Shown here in pieces: positions 28,993 through 38,808 of a stretch of DNA of 64,000 bases. Each line of letters starts with the position of its first letter. The stretch's first letter is position 1. The notes under the pieces are model-generated. The model made no database searches. It saw nothing but the letters and a program-made list of their open reading frames with translations, and had not been told where the DNA came from. A program made the position numbers and the translations under genes. The DNA comes from an uncultured Patescibacteria group bacterium (GTDB lineage Bacteria > Patescibacteriota > Microgenomatia > UBA1400 > PJMF01): NCBI GenBank assembly GCA_905478415.1, contig CAJQIG010000002.1:314699-378698 (forward strand). Direction: 5' to 3'.

Positions 28993-29145
28993 AGATAAAC
29001 AGCTCAAAACCCTCTATCAAAAGGTACTTTGAGCTGTTTATCTAACTACAGTTCTCTGAACATGTTAAAGAATGACACTATATCTTTTGTATAGAAAAGC
29101 ACAGTGTACTGAAGTAAGTATATCAAAAAATATCATATTTGTCAA
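28993..29145 (-). promoter_or_regulatory. sigma70 promoter and structured 5' leader with boxA-like motif
   Basis: TTGACA(29140-45)-17 bp-TATACT(29117-22); hairpin 29075-29107; ATTCTTTAACA(29063-73); perfect 16-bp stem 28993-29008/29028-29043. Confidence 0.7.
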
Positions 29146-29155
29146 TGTTATGGGC

Positions 29156-30433
29156 TTAGTATGATTGATAAGAGAGTAAAAAGAAGAGAGACAATAAAAT
29201 ACCACTCTGAAGTGTGAGCAAATAGTGGTCAAGGAAGGCAATGGGAGACAACACCAGGAATAGGAGTATCCACTCTGGTTGAGTGCGTTTCCAAAGCAAA
29301 AATCCACATACAAGCAGCGCAAAACCAAGCAGGCCTGTCTCTGCTAGCCAGAGAACAAGCACATTGTGAGCAGGTTGTACAAATCGCACGACTTCTCTGG
29401 TATCTGCATAGGATTCGACATGGGGGGTAAAGTTTTTTAAGCCGACTCCAAGTAGTGGCCGGTCAAGAAACATTTTGATACCAGCCGTATTGAGGTATTT
29501 TCGGCGAACCAGTGATGGTGATGAGCCAGAGAAAGGCAACCAGGTACTGACCACAATGATGCCAGCCAGTATGCCAACCAACATACCTTGAGGAATTTTC
29601 TTGAAGTACTTTCTTCCAAAAAGAATACTTAGTCCAAGTGCAAATGTCAGCCAGGCACTGATAGATTGTGTCAGGAAGAGTGCCACGCTGGCTACAATAA
29701 ATGTCAGTAGCAGCGAGATTTTTAGGCCTTCTCTGCTCTGTTTTCGATAGAATGGAATAAGTAGCAGTAAACTTAAACTGAGGAAGCCAGCTAACACATT
29801 GGGATGAGCGGTTGTTCCATATGGTAAAACTCGTTCGATGCCTCCAAGTGTTGTTTTTGCCAATCCAGCAAAGTTTGAAAGGTCTGTTTCTCCAAGGAAT
29901 AGGTAGCTGGCTACAGATTGTTGCGTCAGGTACTGCATGATCCCCACCAGGCTTTGAAAAAGCAGTGTGCTTGCTAAAACCAGATAGGTAACCGAAGAAC
30001 GAAGAAGCTCCCGTTTTTGCCACAGTACGTATGCCAAGAGAGCTATTTTTATCCAGGAGATTACTTCCCAGAAAGCAATTATGGTATTTCCGGCAGAAAG
30101 TTGTCGGACTCCAATACCAAGTGCAAGGAGCACGGTCAGCACGAGCAATGTCACCGGTGTTTTTTTAGGAACAAGAACGGATTGTACATACGATACAGCC
30201 CTATGCCACCATGATTGACTGCGGGTATACCAAGCTACGCTATCTTCGATCGCAAACAAGATCAGCAGGGCAAAAATAATACCATCGCTGGCATGGAACT
30301 TGGGTAAAAGGTAATCAATCCTGAGGCCATGCACCCGGGAACCAACTTCACTAACTACATAAAACAAGTTACTGGGTATCAAAAAAATCAGCAGTGCAAT
30401 CAAAACTTGGTATAGTGGGCGAAGTTGTTTCAC
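29156..30433 (-). CDS. O-antigen ligase/Wzy_C family membrane protein
   Basis: YGTTAHPNVLAG, PLLGVGLKNF, PAHNVLVLWLAETG. Confidence 0.85.
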   Translation of the reverse strand: MKQLRPLYQVLIALLIFLIPSNLFYVVSEVGSRVHGLRIDYLLPKFHASDGIIFALLILFAIEDSVAWYTRSQSWWHRAVSYVQSVLVPKKTPVTLLVLTVLLALGIGVRQLSAGNTIIAFWEVISWIKIALLAYVLWQKRELLRSSVTYLVLASTLLFQSLVGIMQYLTQQSVASYLFLGETDLSNFAGLAKTTLGGIERVLPYGTTAHPNVLAGFLSLSLLLLIPFYRKQSREGLKISLLLTFIVASVALFLTQSISAWLTFALGLSILFGRKYFKKIPQGMLVGILAGIIVVSTWLPFSGSSPSLVRRKYLNTAGIKMFLDRPLLGVGLKNFTPHVESYADTREVVRFVQPAHNVLVLWLAETGLLGFALLVCGFLLWKRTQPEWILLFLVLSPIAFLDHYLLTLQSGILLSLFFLLSYQSY

Positions 30434-30477
30434 AACCTTAGTATACCTGACTCATATTTTTGTCGCGAAAGTAAAAA

Positions 30478-32463
30478 CTAGACAGAACCCACCAAGGTAC
30501 CTGCATGAAGATCTGTAATAGTTGCGACTACTTTTTTTCTGATTGGTTCGATCTCTTCAGAAGAAAGGTTCTGATCTGGACTCCAGTAGGAAATTCCAAA
30601 CGTATAGTTTTGTTTGTATTGGTCTTTCAGTTCAACGCTTTTGACAAGCCCATCAGCTTTTTTAAGTGATGCAAGTACCTCTCCTATCAATGTTTTCTTT
30701 GGCAGGGTAAAGGTCAGGTCCTCTTTGAGTTCTGCAGTCTTAGGAATACTTTGATAGATTGGGTGTGAGGCCGCAATTTTGAGTAGTTGTGACATCTGCA
30801 CTTCGAGGGCGGTGTGACCTGAAGTTAGGTGCAAGACTTTCCCCAAAAGTGTCTCTCCGACCCAGATTTCAGCTTGTTGGGCTACGGTAGTGCTGTCGTG
30901 TTCTCCCAATGGTTTGACGGCGATACCCTCGATAAAAAGCTGTCGGAGTAATTGCTCAAATGCTCCTCTGACCTGGCGATACTCATCGCTACTGACCAAG
31001 GTTAGCATGAGATCTTGTTCTGGTAATTGTCTTGGGAGTGGATGGTAGACATGGGCAATTTCGAACACACTCATCTGCTCTTCTTGTTTATTTTGAGCAA
31101 TAATTTCTTCGAGTGATGGTACCAGTGAACGGCGCAGGTAGACTCGGTCGTCAGTTAGTGGGTTTTGGAGTTTGAGGTGGCCATCACGAGGTTGTCCGGA
31201 TTCAAGTGCAATTTCTTCGCTGACCATAGAGTACGAATAGATTTCTTGCCAACCAATGTTAGCTAGGTACTGTTTGATGGTACGTTCGATGGTGTAGTTT
31301 ACGTCACTTGGTTTTGTGACCGGAATAGGAGTGTCCATGAGGGTACTTGGCAGATTGTGGTAGCCGTAGATCCGGGCAATTTCTTCAATCACATCAGCAG
31401 GAATGGTGATATCAGGACGGAACGTTGGTGGTGTGACGGTGAGCATGCTGCCAGCAACTTTGACCTGGCAACCGAGTGTTTCGAGTATTGAGGTAATTCG
31501 GTCAGTCTTAATTTCTAGACCCAAGTAGTCGGTGACTCTCTGGAGTGGCAGAGAAACAGGTTGTGGCTCGCGCTGCCCAGGAAATTCGTCATAAATAGGG
31601 CTGGCGATCTTAGCTCCGCAGAGCTCTCGGTAGAGTTCAATGCCACGGATAAGGACATCTTCAGCCAGGTTTGGATCAACATTTTTTTCCATCAATTGGG
31701 CAGCTGTCGTTCGAATAGCATGAGTCATGCTGGCAAAACGAACTTTTTTAGCTTTGATTGATTCGAGCAAGAGCAAGACATTTTGAGTTGAGTCATCGAT
31801 TGAAGTGTTAGCAGTTCCTTTGATGGAGGGCAGATCAATAATTCTTCCCTCTCCATTTTTAAAGACTACTTCTCCGCCGACTGTCTCGAATACATTGCCG
31901 TCAAGAGTAGTAAATGTTTCACCTTTTTTGGCTTCAGAGATAATAATTTCTCCGCCAGTTTTCATCAGTTTATCGTAATCGAAGGCATGGCAGGGGTGGC
32001 CAAGTTCATGCGTTACATAGTTGGTAATATCAATGGCCGCATCATGAATATTTTGGTCAGTTTGGAGGAGGCGTTTGCCCATCCACTCTGGAGTTGAATT
32101 TCGTTTTACTCCTTGTAAGACGACGCAAATGATTCGTTTTGAAAGGTCGGGGTCATTGACAATTTTTGGAAGCGGTAGCTCGGTTACCTCTGGCTGAAGG
32201 TCCTGCAAAAGTTGCTGGGGTTTCAGTGTAGCCGAGATGCCAAATTGCTCGAGAATGACAGCGGCTTCGCGGGCGATACCGCGGACAGACATGCTATCGA
32301 CCCGATTAGTCGTGACTTCGATGTCGTAGACTTTATCGCCTTCAGTGTCATAAATGCGTTCGATAGATGGTCCGCAGAGTGAGACATTCTCTTGAATGGT
32401 CTTTGGATCAGCATCGGTTGCTAAGTGTTCTTTGAGCCAGGTGTGGGGAATAAGGATGTTCAT
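30478..32463 (-). CDS. pheT: phenylalanine--tRNA ligase beta subunit (short form)
   Basis: EVTTNRVD, DITNYV, PTFRPDI...DVIEEIARIYGY, LRRSL. Confidence 0.95.
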   Translation of the reverse strand: MNILIPHTWLKEHLATDADPKTIQENVSLCGPSIERIYDTEGDKVYDIEVTTNRVDSMSVRGIAREAAVILEQFGISATLKPQQLLQDLQPEVTELPLPKIVNDPDLSKRIICVVLQGVKRNSTPEWMGKRLLQTDQNIHDAAIDITNYVTHELGHPCHAFDYDKLMKTGGEIIISEAKKGETFTTLDGNVFETVGGEVVFKNGEGRIIDLPSIKGTANTSIDDSTQNVLLLLESIKAKKVRFASMTHAIRTTAAQLMEKNVDPNLAEDVLIRGIELYRELCGAKIASPIYDEFPGQREPQPVSLPLQRVTDYLGLEIKTDRITSILETLGCQVKVAGSMLTVTPPTFRPDITIPADVIEEIARIYGYHNLPSTLMDTPIPVTKPSDVNYTIERTIKQYLANIGWQEIYSYSMVSEEIALESGQPRDGHLKLQNPLTDDRVYLRRSLVPSLEEIIAQNKQEEQMSVFEIAHVYHPLPRQLPEQDLMLTLVSSDEYRQVRGAFEQLLRQLFIEGIAVKPLGEHDSTTVAQQAEIWVGETLLGKVLHLTSGHTALEVQMSQLLKIAASHPIYQSIPKTAELKEDLTFTLPKKTLIGEVLASLKKADGLVKSVELKDQYKQNYTFGISYWSPDQNLSSEEIEPIRKKVVATITDLHAGTLVGSV

Positions 32464-32486
32464 AATTTTTTCTGTGTAGGTAGTTT

Positions 32487-33557
32487 TTAAAATTGGGTTA
32501 GGAATCGAAGGTCCCCGCTATAGAGTAAGCGGATGTCGTCCAGGTTAAGACCTTCTTTTAAGGTGTAGGTTCTTTCGACTCCCCAGCCAAAGGCAAAGCC
32601 AGTATATTCATCTGGATCAATGCCACCAGCTTTGAGAACGTTAGGATGGACCATGCCGGCTCCACCAACTTCGTGCCAACCAGATTTGCAGAAGCGACAT
32701 TTTTGTTCTTCTTTTGTATCTAAGTAGCCAGTGCCATGGCAGATGTGGCATGAAAAGTCGACTTCGAAGGATGGTTCAGTAAACTGAAAATGGAACGGTC
32801 GGATACGAGACTTTGTGCCTGGTCCGTAGAATTGTTCGGCAAAGTAATCGAGTGTGCCTTTGAGGTGTTGAATGGTGATGCCTTTATCGACAACTAGGCC
32901 TTCAAACTGGTGGAACATTTGGGTATGGGTTGCATCCTGTTGACGTCGGTAGCATCGGGCGATATTAATCATGCGGATGGGTGGTTTTGAGTTAAGTCGT
33001 TCCATCTCACGGACTTGTCCGTTAGAAGTGTGGGTAGTTAAAACCATTTTGCCCATTTTTTCGTCTGTGGGGGCATCGACAAAGAACGTTTCCCACTCAT
33101 CTCGAGCAGGGTGGCTTTTTGGCATGTTGAGGGCTTCGAAGACGTACCAGTCCCAGTCAACTTCTGGATAGCGCACTCTGGTGAAACCAATTTGTTCAAA
33201 AATATGGGTAATTTCTTCCATGGCTTGAGAAACGGGGTGCATGTGGCCAAGTTTTGGTTTGACTCCTGGAGCGGTGAGGTCAACCCAGCTTTGCGTAGTT
33301 GTGGTTTGGGTGGCAAGGGCTGATTCGATCAGCGATTCAAGTTGGGTCTTTGTGTCGTTGAGGACTGCACCGATTTCTTTTTTTTCGGTACGGGGGATAT
33401 CTTTTATTTGTTGACTTAGTGCTTTGAAGTGGCCTTTTTTTCCTAAATAGGCTGTTTTGAGTTCAGTAATTTCTTGGTTTGTTTCTGCTTTTGTAAGTGC
33501 TTCTTGAAGATTTTTAACAACTTCTTGAAGTTTGTTTGTGTATTCGGTTGCTGTCAT
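32487..33557 (-). CDS. pheS: phenylalanine--tRNA ligase alpha subunit
   Basis: HPARD, THTS, FHQFEG, FTEPS, GFAFGWGVER. Confidence 0.97.
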   Translation of the reverse strand: MTATEYTNKLQEVVKNLQEALTKAETNQEITELKTAYLGKKGHFKALSQQIKDIPRTEKKEIGAVLNDTKTQLESLIESALATQTTTTQSWVDLTAPGVKPKLGHMHPVSQAMEEITHIFEQIGFTRVRYPEVDWDWYVFEALNMPKSHPARDEWETFFVDAPTDEKMGKMVLTTHTSNGQVREMERLNSKPPIRMINIARCYRRQQDATHTQMFHQFEGLVVDKGITIQHLKGTLDYFAEQFYGPGTKSRIRPFHFQFTEPSFEVDFSCHICHGTGYLDTKEEQKCRFCKSGWHEVGGAGMVHPNVLKAGGIDPDEYTGFAFGWGVERTYTLKEGLNLDDIRLLYSGDLRFLTQF

Positions 33558-33622
33558 AGTTCCTTTATTCTACCCTATTTCTTATTGACGTGTTGTTGAG
33601 TTCGGCGTTATATTTGTTCCTA

Positions 33623-33651
33623 ATAAAAAACCCCGCTGAGTGCGGGGTTTC
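33623..33651 (-). terminator. terminator of infC-rpmI-rplT
   Basis: AAACCCCGC-tgagt-GCGGGGTTT with an A-run on the + strand. Confidence 0.85.
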
Positions 33652-33673
33652 TAGTTTTTATTTTTTGATTCGT

Positions 33674-34030
33674 TTACCCACGCACTTTTGTAACAATGCT
33701 TTTAAAAGTGGTAAAGTCTGCGATAGCAATTTCAGATAACATTTTACGGTTAAGTTCGATGTTGCCTTTTTTGATCAGATTCATGAAACGTGAGTAGTTC
33801 AAAGTTCCTTCTGAGGCTTCTTTGACTGCAGCACTGATACGGAGAATCCAAAGTTTGCGCATGTCTCGCTTGCGAAGTTTTCTTCCAATGTAAGCATATT
33901 GACCGGAGTGAAGTACAGCTTCTTTCGCTCTTTTGTAGAGTCGGCTATTAGCACCACGGAAACCCTTGGCGAGTTTTAAAATTTTATTATGTCTTCTTCG
34001 GCGAGTAACGCCTGTTTTAGCTCTTGGCAT
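33674..34030 (-). CDS. rplT: 50S ribosomal protein L20
   Basis: MPRAKTGVTRRRRHNKILKLAKGF; RKRDMRKLWI. Confidence 0.98.
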   Translation of the reverse strand: MPRAKTGVTRRRRHNKILKLAKGFRGANSRLYKRAKEAVLHSGQYAYIGRKLRKRDMRKLWILRISAAVKEASEGTLNYSRFMNLIKKGNIELNRKMLSEIAIADFTTFKSIVTKVRG

Positions 34031-34042
34031 GGTATCTTTCTC

Positions 34043-34258
34043 TTATGCAATTCCAAGCATGCGCTTGATTTTTCTAGCCCACTTGCCAGTGACTTCGACT
34101 GGAACGCGGTAAGCTCTAATAGCTTTTTTACTTTTAGTACGACGACGATGTCTCATGTTTTGTGAACGTCTCAGCACCTTACCGGTAGCTGTGATTTTAA
34201 ATCGTTTGGCTACGCCAGAACGAGTCTTTTGTTTCATCTTAGTTTTTACTTTTTGCAT
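34043..34258 (-). CDS. rpmI: 50S ribosomal protein L35
   Basis: KQKTRSGVAKRFKITATGK; lies between infC and rplT. Confidence 0.95.
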   Translation of the reverse strand: MQKVKTKMKQKTRSGVAKRFKITATGKVLRRSQNMRHRRRTKSKKAIRAYRVPVEVTGKWARKIKRMLGIA

Positions 34259-34269
34259 CTCGACCTCTC

Positions 34270-34809
34270 TTATTTTTTCAATGGCATAAGTTGCGCCATG
34301 AGCTTTTTGCCCATCATTTTTGGTTGTAGTTCTACTGTGGCTTTATCGGCTGTTGCCTCAATTACCTTTTCGAACATAGCATATCCAAATTCTTTTTTAG
34401 TAATAGCACGTCCCTTGAATTGAAGCGTCAGGCGAACCTTATCTCCTTTTTCAAGAAACTTCTTGACTTTGTTTAAACGTGCTTCGAAGTCACCATCACC
34501 CATAAATGGAGTAAATCTGACTTCCTTTAAGTCCTGAGACTTAGCTTTTTTTCTGTTTTTAGCTTCTTTTTGCTGCTGCTGATACTTATATTTTGCCAAG
34601 TCAATAATTTTGACAATGGGTGGATTAGTACTTTCACTAATCAAAACTAAGTCTTTGCCTGCTGCTCGGGCCTTGAGTAAAGCTTCTGCTTTAGTCATGA
34701 CACCTAACATATCTTTTGTTTCTGTTAACACTCGGACCTCGATTGCTCGAATTCGCTCATTAGCCGTAATTCGATTTTTACTCGAGTAATATGATTTGTT
34801 ATTTCGCAC
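34270..34809 (-). CDS. infC: translation initiation factor IF-3
   Basis: ANERIRAIEVRV, DLVLIS, KEVRF, GDKVRL, FKGRA. The true start may be the non-canonical ATA two codons upstream. Confidence 0.97.
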   Translation of the reverse strand: MRNNKSYYSSKNRITANERIRAIEVRVLTETKDMLGVMTKAEALLKARAAGKDLVLISESTNPPIVKIIDLAKYKYQQQQKEAKNRKKAKSQDLKEVRFTPFMGDGDFEARLNKVKKFLEKGDKVRLTLQFKGRAITKKEFGYAMFEKVIEATADKATVELQPKMMGKKLMAQLMPLKK

Positions 34810-34967
34810 GTGTATGTGTTCTTCTTTCCGATGTTTGTTACTAAAAAACTTCTACAAACAGACTTGTATTCTACCTCAACTTACTAAAAAAGCAAAAGGC
34901 GCTTTTTGCAGAGCTTGAATTATAGCATTTTTTCTAGGGGAAGTGAAGTGTTGGCTTGAGGAAGAAC

Positions 34968-35558
34968 TCATTGAGACTGCTGATCTGTTGAACCAAAGTA
35001 CTCACTCAAAGCTCTCAGCAGAGTACTCTCGAGCAGAGCAGCTCTTGTTACTGGTGTTTCCGAATCTTTAGTCAAAAATGCATGCGGGTCGGTGCCATCG
35101 ACGTCAGGGTTCATTTCGGCAATAACTGAACCAACCGTGTGTTGTTCAAATCCTCTGTTTTGGGCTTCTTCAACATAGTGGTTAGGAAAAATAACTCCCT
35201 CAGAAACTTGCGTAACAACGGTTTCAAGATCAGGATCGGAAACCATAACGACAGCTTTATCTTCCCAGCCTTTTTTTGTCTGGAAAATGCCACTTTCGAT
35301 ACTAATAACTAACTGAATAATGTTTGGAGATACACCTGCCTCTGACAAGGCCGACAAGATACTGAGGATTCTGTTATATGCCCCCTGCTCTGCTTCATCA
35401 TTAACCGGTTGTTCATTAACTCCAGATTGTGATGAATAGCCCTGGATAGTTGTTTCTGCATTTGGATATAGGGTATTCAGTGCGGCTTCAACGGCTCCAA
35501 GTTTGTGTTTGCTTTTGGAAGTAACTGCTACGCTGAGAGTAATTTTTTCGGTGTTCAT
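34968..35558 (-). CDS. inosine/xanthosine triphosphatase (YjjX/DUF84 family)
   Basis: VTSKSKHKLGAV, SGVNEQP, GAYNR, SIESG, LT...VTR. Confidence 0.8.
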   Translation of the reverse strand: MNTEKITLSVAVTSKSKHKLGAVEAALNTLYPNAETTIQGYSSQSGVNEQPVNDEAEQGAYNRILSILSALSEAGVSPNIIQLVISIESGIFQTKKGWEDKAVVMVSDPDLETVVTQVSEGVIFPNHYVEEAQNRGFEQHTVGSVIAEMNPDVDGTDPHAFLTKDSETPVTRAALLESTLLRALSEYFGSTDQQSQ

Positions 35559-35585
35559 AGTTGGGACAGTATAGTATATTTTTTT

Positions 35586-35634
35586 GCAAAGTCGAGAGGA
35601 CTTCTGGCTTGCTGTGAGGTGCTCGTGTTGGAGG
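35586..35634. repeat. diverged direct repeat, copy 1
   Basis: GCAAAGTCGAGAGGaCTTCT...GCTtGCTGtGAGgTGCTCGTGtTGGAGG matches 36607-36664. Confidence 0.85.
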
Positions 35635-35643
35635 TAGGTAAGA

Positions 35644-36543
35644 CTAGATCCTCATTGGGTTTTTTGCTGTTAGGTATATGTCTAAGTGGTTTTTTTGTCC
35701 CTTAGCTTTTTCTGCAGCTTGGTAGATAATTTGTTTTGCAAGATTGACAACGTCTACAGGGTAAATACCAGTTTTGTCGGTATATGCTCCTAAGACGCCA
35801 TGTTGTGTTTGAGCACTTTGTTGTAATAGCTCCAAAACTTGAGAGTGATCCGCATCTTCAAATTCACTTAAAGCTGCAAGCTTAGGTCCCATCTCTGTAG
35901 TTAAGACTTTTAATGCCTCGATGAGTTGATCTGATTTTTCATCTATTTTAGCAATTTCCTTAACTTGATCCTCACTTAATGATTCTAGTTCGTTTAGCTC
36001 ATACTTAAGTCCAGAAATAATTGCTTCTTCGCTGTCTTTTTCTTCAGACAGGTCAGCAAAAGATGCTTGTTCTTGAGATCTTGGAGTGAAGCCTGCATCT
36101 TCATAAGTAACGACAGCTTCAAGTTTTCTTTGCCAATCTTTTTCATAATATGCGAGTAACTCTTCTGTGGTTGCTCCTCTATGGATTCCTGATACTCCGA
36201 GTGCTCGTTGGCAGGCTTCGACCTTTTCTTCGTTACTGTTGTGTTGTACAAAAAGTACTTCAGCTTGGTAGGCAGTAACTAACGATAGATATGCTTCATA
36301 CATTTTTTGTGCGTTTGAAGATGGTTCCATACCCTTGTCTTTCAGAGGCGCCAGTTGAGTATCTAGCTCCGCAGCTTTTTGAGTGTGTGGTTCAATTTTT
36401 TCAGTAAGGGTATCTTTTTGAGTTGCAACAAGTTCATTTCCTTTTTGAAGGTAATTGGTGGTTTCAGCTGATGGTGATTGTTCTGTTATTTTCTGCTGAC
36501 CAAATGCTGTTGAGATTTTATTGATAAGGGAGTGCTCGTTCAT
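35644..36543 (-). CDS. hypothetical helical protein
   Basis: 299 aa open frame, E/K/Q-rich; no family recognised. Confidence 0.75.
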   Translation of the reverse strand: MNEHSLINKISTAFGQQKITEQSPSAETTNYLQKGNELVATQKDTLTEKIEPHTQKAAELDTQLAPLKDKGMEPSSNAQKMYEAYLSLVTAYQAEVLFVQHNSNEEKVEACQRALGVSGIHRGATTEELLAYYEKDWQRKLEAVVTYEDAGFTPRSQEQASFADLSEEKDSEEAIISGLKYELNELESLSEDQVKEIAKIDEKSDQLIEALKVLTTEMGPKLAALSEFEDADHSQVLELLQQSAQTQHGVLGAYTDKTGIYPVDVVNLAKQIIYQAAEKAKGQKNHLDIYLTAKNPMRI

Positions 36544-36606
36544 GTTGTATATCTTTGAAGGTGGTTACTACTATAAACTGAGCATATCACACTGCAATTA
36601 TAATAA

Positions 36607-36664
36607 GCAAAGTCGAGAGGGCTTCTCGCTCGCTCTGCTCGCTGCGAGATGCTCGTGCTGGAGG
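36607..36664. repeat. diverged direct repeat, copy 2
   Basis: GCAAAGTCGAGAGGgCTTCT...GCTcGCTGcGAGaTGCTCGTGcTGGAGG. Confidence 0.85.
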
Positions 36665-36717
36665 CTGGGTTATCTGTAACTCGCATGGCGAGCCTGAGGT
36701 TGGTGTTGCCGCCCCAA

Positions 36718-36763
36718 TTCACACATAAAAAAACACCTGAATAGGTGTCTTTTTATGTGTGAA
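36718..36763 (-). terminator. long hairpin/terminator overlapping the tRNA-Val 3' end
   Basis: Minus strand TTCACACATAAAAAGACACCT-attc-AGGTGTTTTTTTATGTGTGAA, a 21-bp stem with one G-U pair. Confidence 0.75.
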
Positions 36764-36833
36764 CTCGAGAGGACTCGAACCTCTGACCTCTTCGATGTCA
36801 ACGAAGCACTCTAACCAACTGAGCTACGAGTTC
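36760..36833 (-). tRNA. tRNA-Val(GAC)
   Basis: Cloverleaf with acceptor GAACTCG/CGAGTTC, anticodon stem CTTCG/CGAAG with GAC, T-loop TTCGAGT; CCA not encoded. Confidence 0.97.
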
Positions 36834-36895
36834 AAATGTGTATTTTTTATGATAAAAGGTGCAACCTAAGTGAATACGCCGAATTATACCAGACG

Positions 36896-37564
36896 CTAGT
36901 TGCCAGAGTAAACAGTAGATCGTTCGTGATGCATCATGTCGAAAACAGTTTTGGTTTGCTCGTGTCCAGCACCACCAATTTTAAGTCCAGCGCTACCCTT
37001 ACTCTTTTTCTTCTGTTTAGCATGAAATTGAGTGGCCCAAGTGCGTGCACTTTTGACTTTTTGTCTCAGGAGCATGATGAATGAACGTAGGTTTCTAAAA
37101 AAGTTGAGGTAGTATTTACCGGTTAGACCAGGGCTAGCAATTTCTTCCATGACTGCGAGTTCAACCTCTTTTTCGAACTTAGCTACATCTTTGACGAGCA
37201 TTTTAAGTTCGTGTCGAAGGGATTCGATCTCTTTTTTGACTTCTTTTTCTCGGGCATCGTAGACAGCAGTCATGTCAACGGGGTTGACTTGATCATGCAG
37301 CTTTTTACGAAGGGCATCTTTTTTACGTTGTTTTTCGAGATTCTCAAGTTGTTTTTTTTGCCAATCAGCATTTTGAGGTCCCGCTTCGTCGCCAAAGGAA
37401 CCACCTGAGCGGGCTAAGGCTTCACTAAAGGGATTAAGTGGATTGGTAGTATCTTGCTGTGAGCCACGAGGTTTTTCAGTTTCGGCCAGGGCCCGAGCAA
37501 AGGGATTAACACCCGACTGCTGTGGGTGTGAAGTTCGAGCTGACTTTTGTGTTCCGGCTTTCAT
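36896..37564 (-). CDS. CPR-type hypothetical protein (DUF5660-like)
   Basis: Coiled coil plus PGLTGKYYLNFF...KVKSARTW...HERS pattern; recognised from memory of Microgenomates proteins. Confidence 0.6.
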   Translation of the reverse strand: MKAGTQKSARTSHPQQSGVNPFARALAETEKPRGSQQDTTNPLNPFSEALARSGGSFGDEAGPQNADWQKKQLENLEKQRKKDALRKKLHDQVNPVDMTAVYDAREKEVKKEIESLRHELKMLVKDVAKFEKEVELAVMEEIASPGLTGKYYLNFFRNLRSFIMLLRQKVKSARTWATQFHAKQKKKSKGSAGLKIGGAGHEQTKTVFDMMHHERSTVYSGN

Positions 37565-37695
37565 TTTTCCTCAATATGTAGTGGTTGTTATGATACACCA
37601 CTCTGTCAATCTAGTACTAGAGTACTTAATTTACAGATTATAGGCCTACTTGAGGAAAAAGTCAAGAGGATCTTAGAGAAGAAGCTCAGAGATTG

Positions 37696-38664
37696 TTACT
37701 TTACTGAAAGGAGGTAGTCAGCCACTCGTTGTCGAAGCAGTGTCTCGATCAGCATAGATTGGTATCTTGGATCAGATTTTTGTTGTTCCTGAAGTTTTTT
37801 ATCAGCGGTTCTGCCAATGACTTCATCAACATCTGCCTGGCCAACGGTAATTTTTTCGGCTTCAGCGATAGCGCTGATAATAAAGGTTGCTTGGAGGCGT
37901 CCGAGTGCTCCGGCTGCTAATTCGGTAGACAGTTGCTCGAAGGTCATGTTCCGGTGTTTGAGAAAGTCTGCGAACTCGATATTCATTTGTTTAAGTCGCT
38001 GGGCAACATTTTCAAGATCATAGCGAGTTTCTTCTTTGACGAGGAGTTCTGGAATTTCTGGTTTGATGTGATCAATTAACTCTTTATAGATAACTTGGAG
38101 GCGGTGCTCTCTTTTTTGTTGATCTGTAATTTCATGAGCGTGATCGTGCTTCTCTTTTTTAGCTTTGGCTTCTTTGACGTGTTTTTCAAGGTCTTTTGCT
38201 TGTTGTTTTAACTCGGTTTCAGCTGTTTTGAGTGCTTTTTTGGCCACGGCCTTATACCCTTTGAGGTTAATGACTGGTTTTTCGGCAATATGAACTTCGA
38301 GTGTCCAATCCTCACCTTTTTTGAGAGAAATAGGATTAAATTCTGGATAGGTTAATGGTTGTTTACCTTCTTTTTCGATGAGCGCTTTGTAAGCATCTGG
38401 AACACAGACTTCAAGAGCTTCTTGAATAATACGGTCTTCACCAAGCATCTTTTCGGCTACATCAACGGGAACTTTCCCTTTGCGGAAACCACTTGTTTTT
38501 AAATCTTTTGAAAGTTTAGCAACGGTCTTTTTGTAGGCAGCAGCAGCAGTTTTTTTATCTATAGTTAGTGTTAGAACTGTATTTTTTCCGATTAAGGCTT
38601 TTTCAGTTTTTTCAGCCTTAGCCGCTGTTTTTTTTGTGTTGGTGGTGGTTTTAGTATCTGTCAT
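37696..38664 (-). CDS. tig: trigger factor lacking the FKBP PPIase domain
   Basis: GFRKGKVP ribosome-binding motif; C-terminal IAEAEKITV; only 322 aa. Confidence 0.9.
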   Translation of the reverse strand: MTDTKTTTNTKKTAAKAEKTEKALIGKNTVLTLTIDKKTAAAAYKKTVAKLSKDLKTSGFRKGKVPVDVAEKMLGEDRIIQEALEVCVPDAYKALIEKEGKQPLTYPEFNPISLKKGEDWTLEVHIAEKPVINLKGYKAVAKKALKTAETELKQQAKDLEKHVKEAKAKKEKHDHAHEITDQQKREHRLQVIYKELIDHIKPEIPELLVKEETRYDLENVAQRLKQMNIEFADFLKHRNMTFEQLSTELAAGALGRLQATFIISAIAEAEKITVGQADVDEVIGRTADKKLQEQQKSDPRYQSMLIETLLRQRVADYLLSVK

Positions 38665-38808
38665 AGGGGGATATTATAACGCATCTTCGAATGTTTGGGG
38701 TTTTAATTTAGTTGATATGTGGGTTTTTGCCTATGAGTAGGTGAAAAAATAACTCAGACATGATATACTCTCGTTTTGGTTAAAGATACTTTAGATAAAG
38801 GAGTACGC

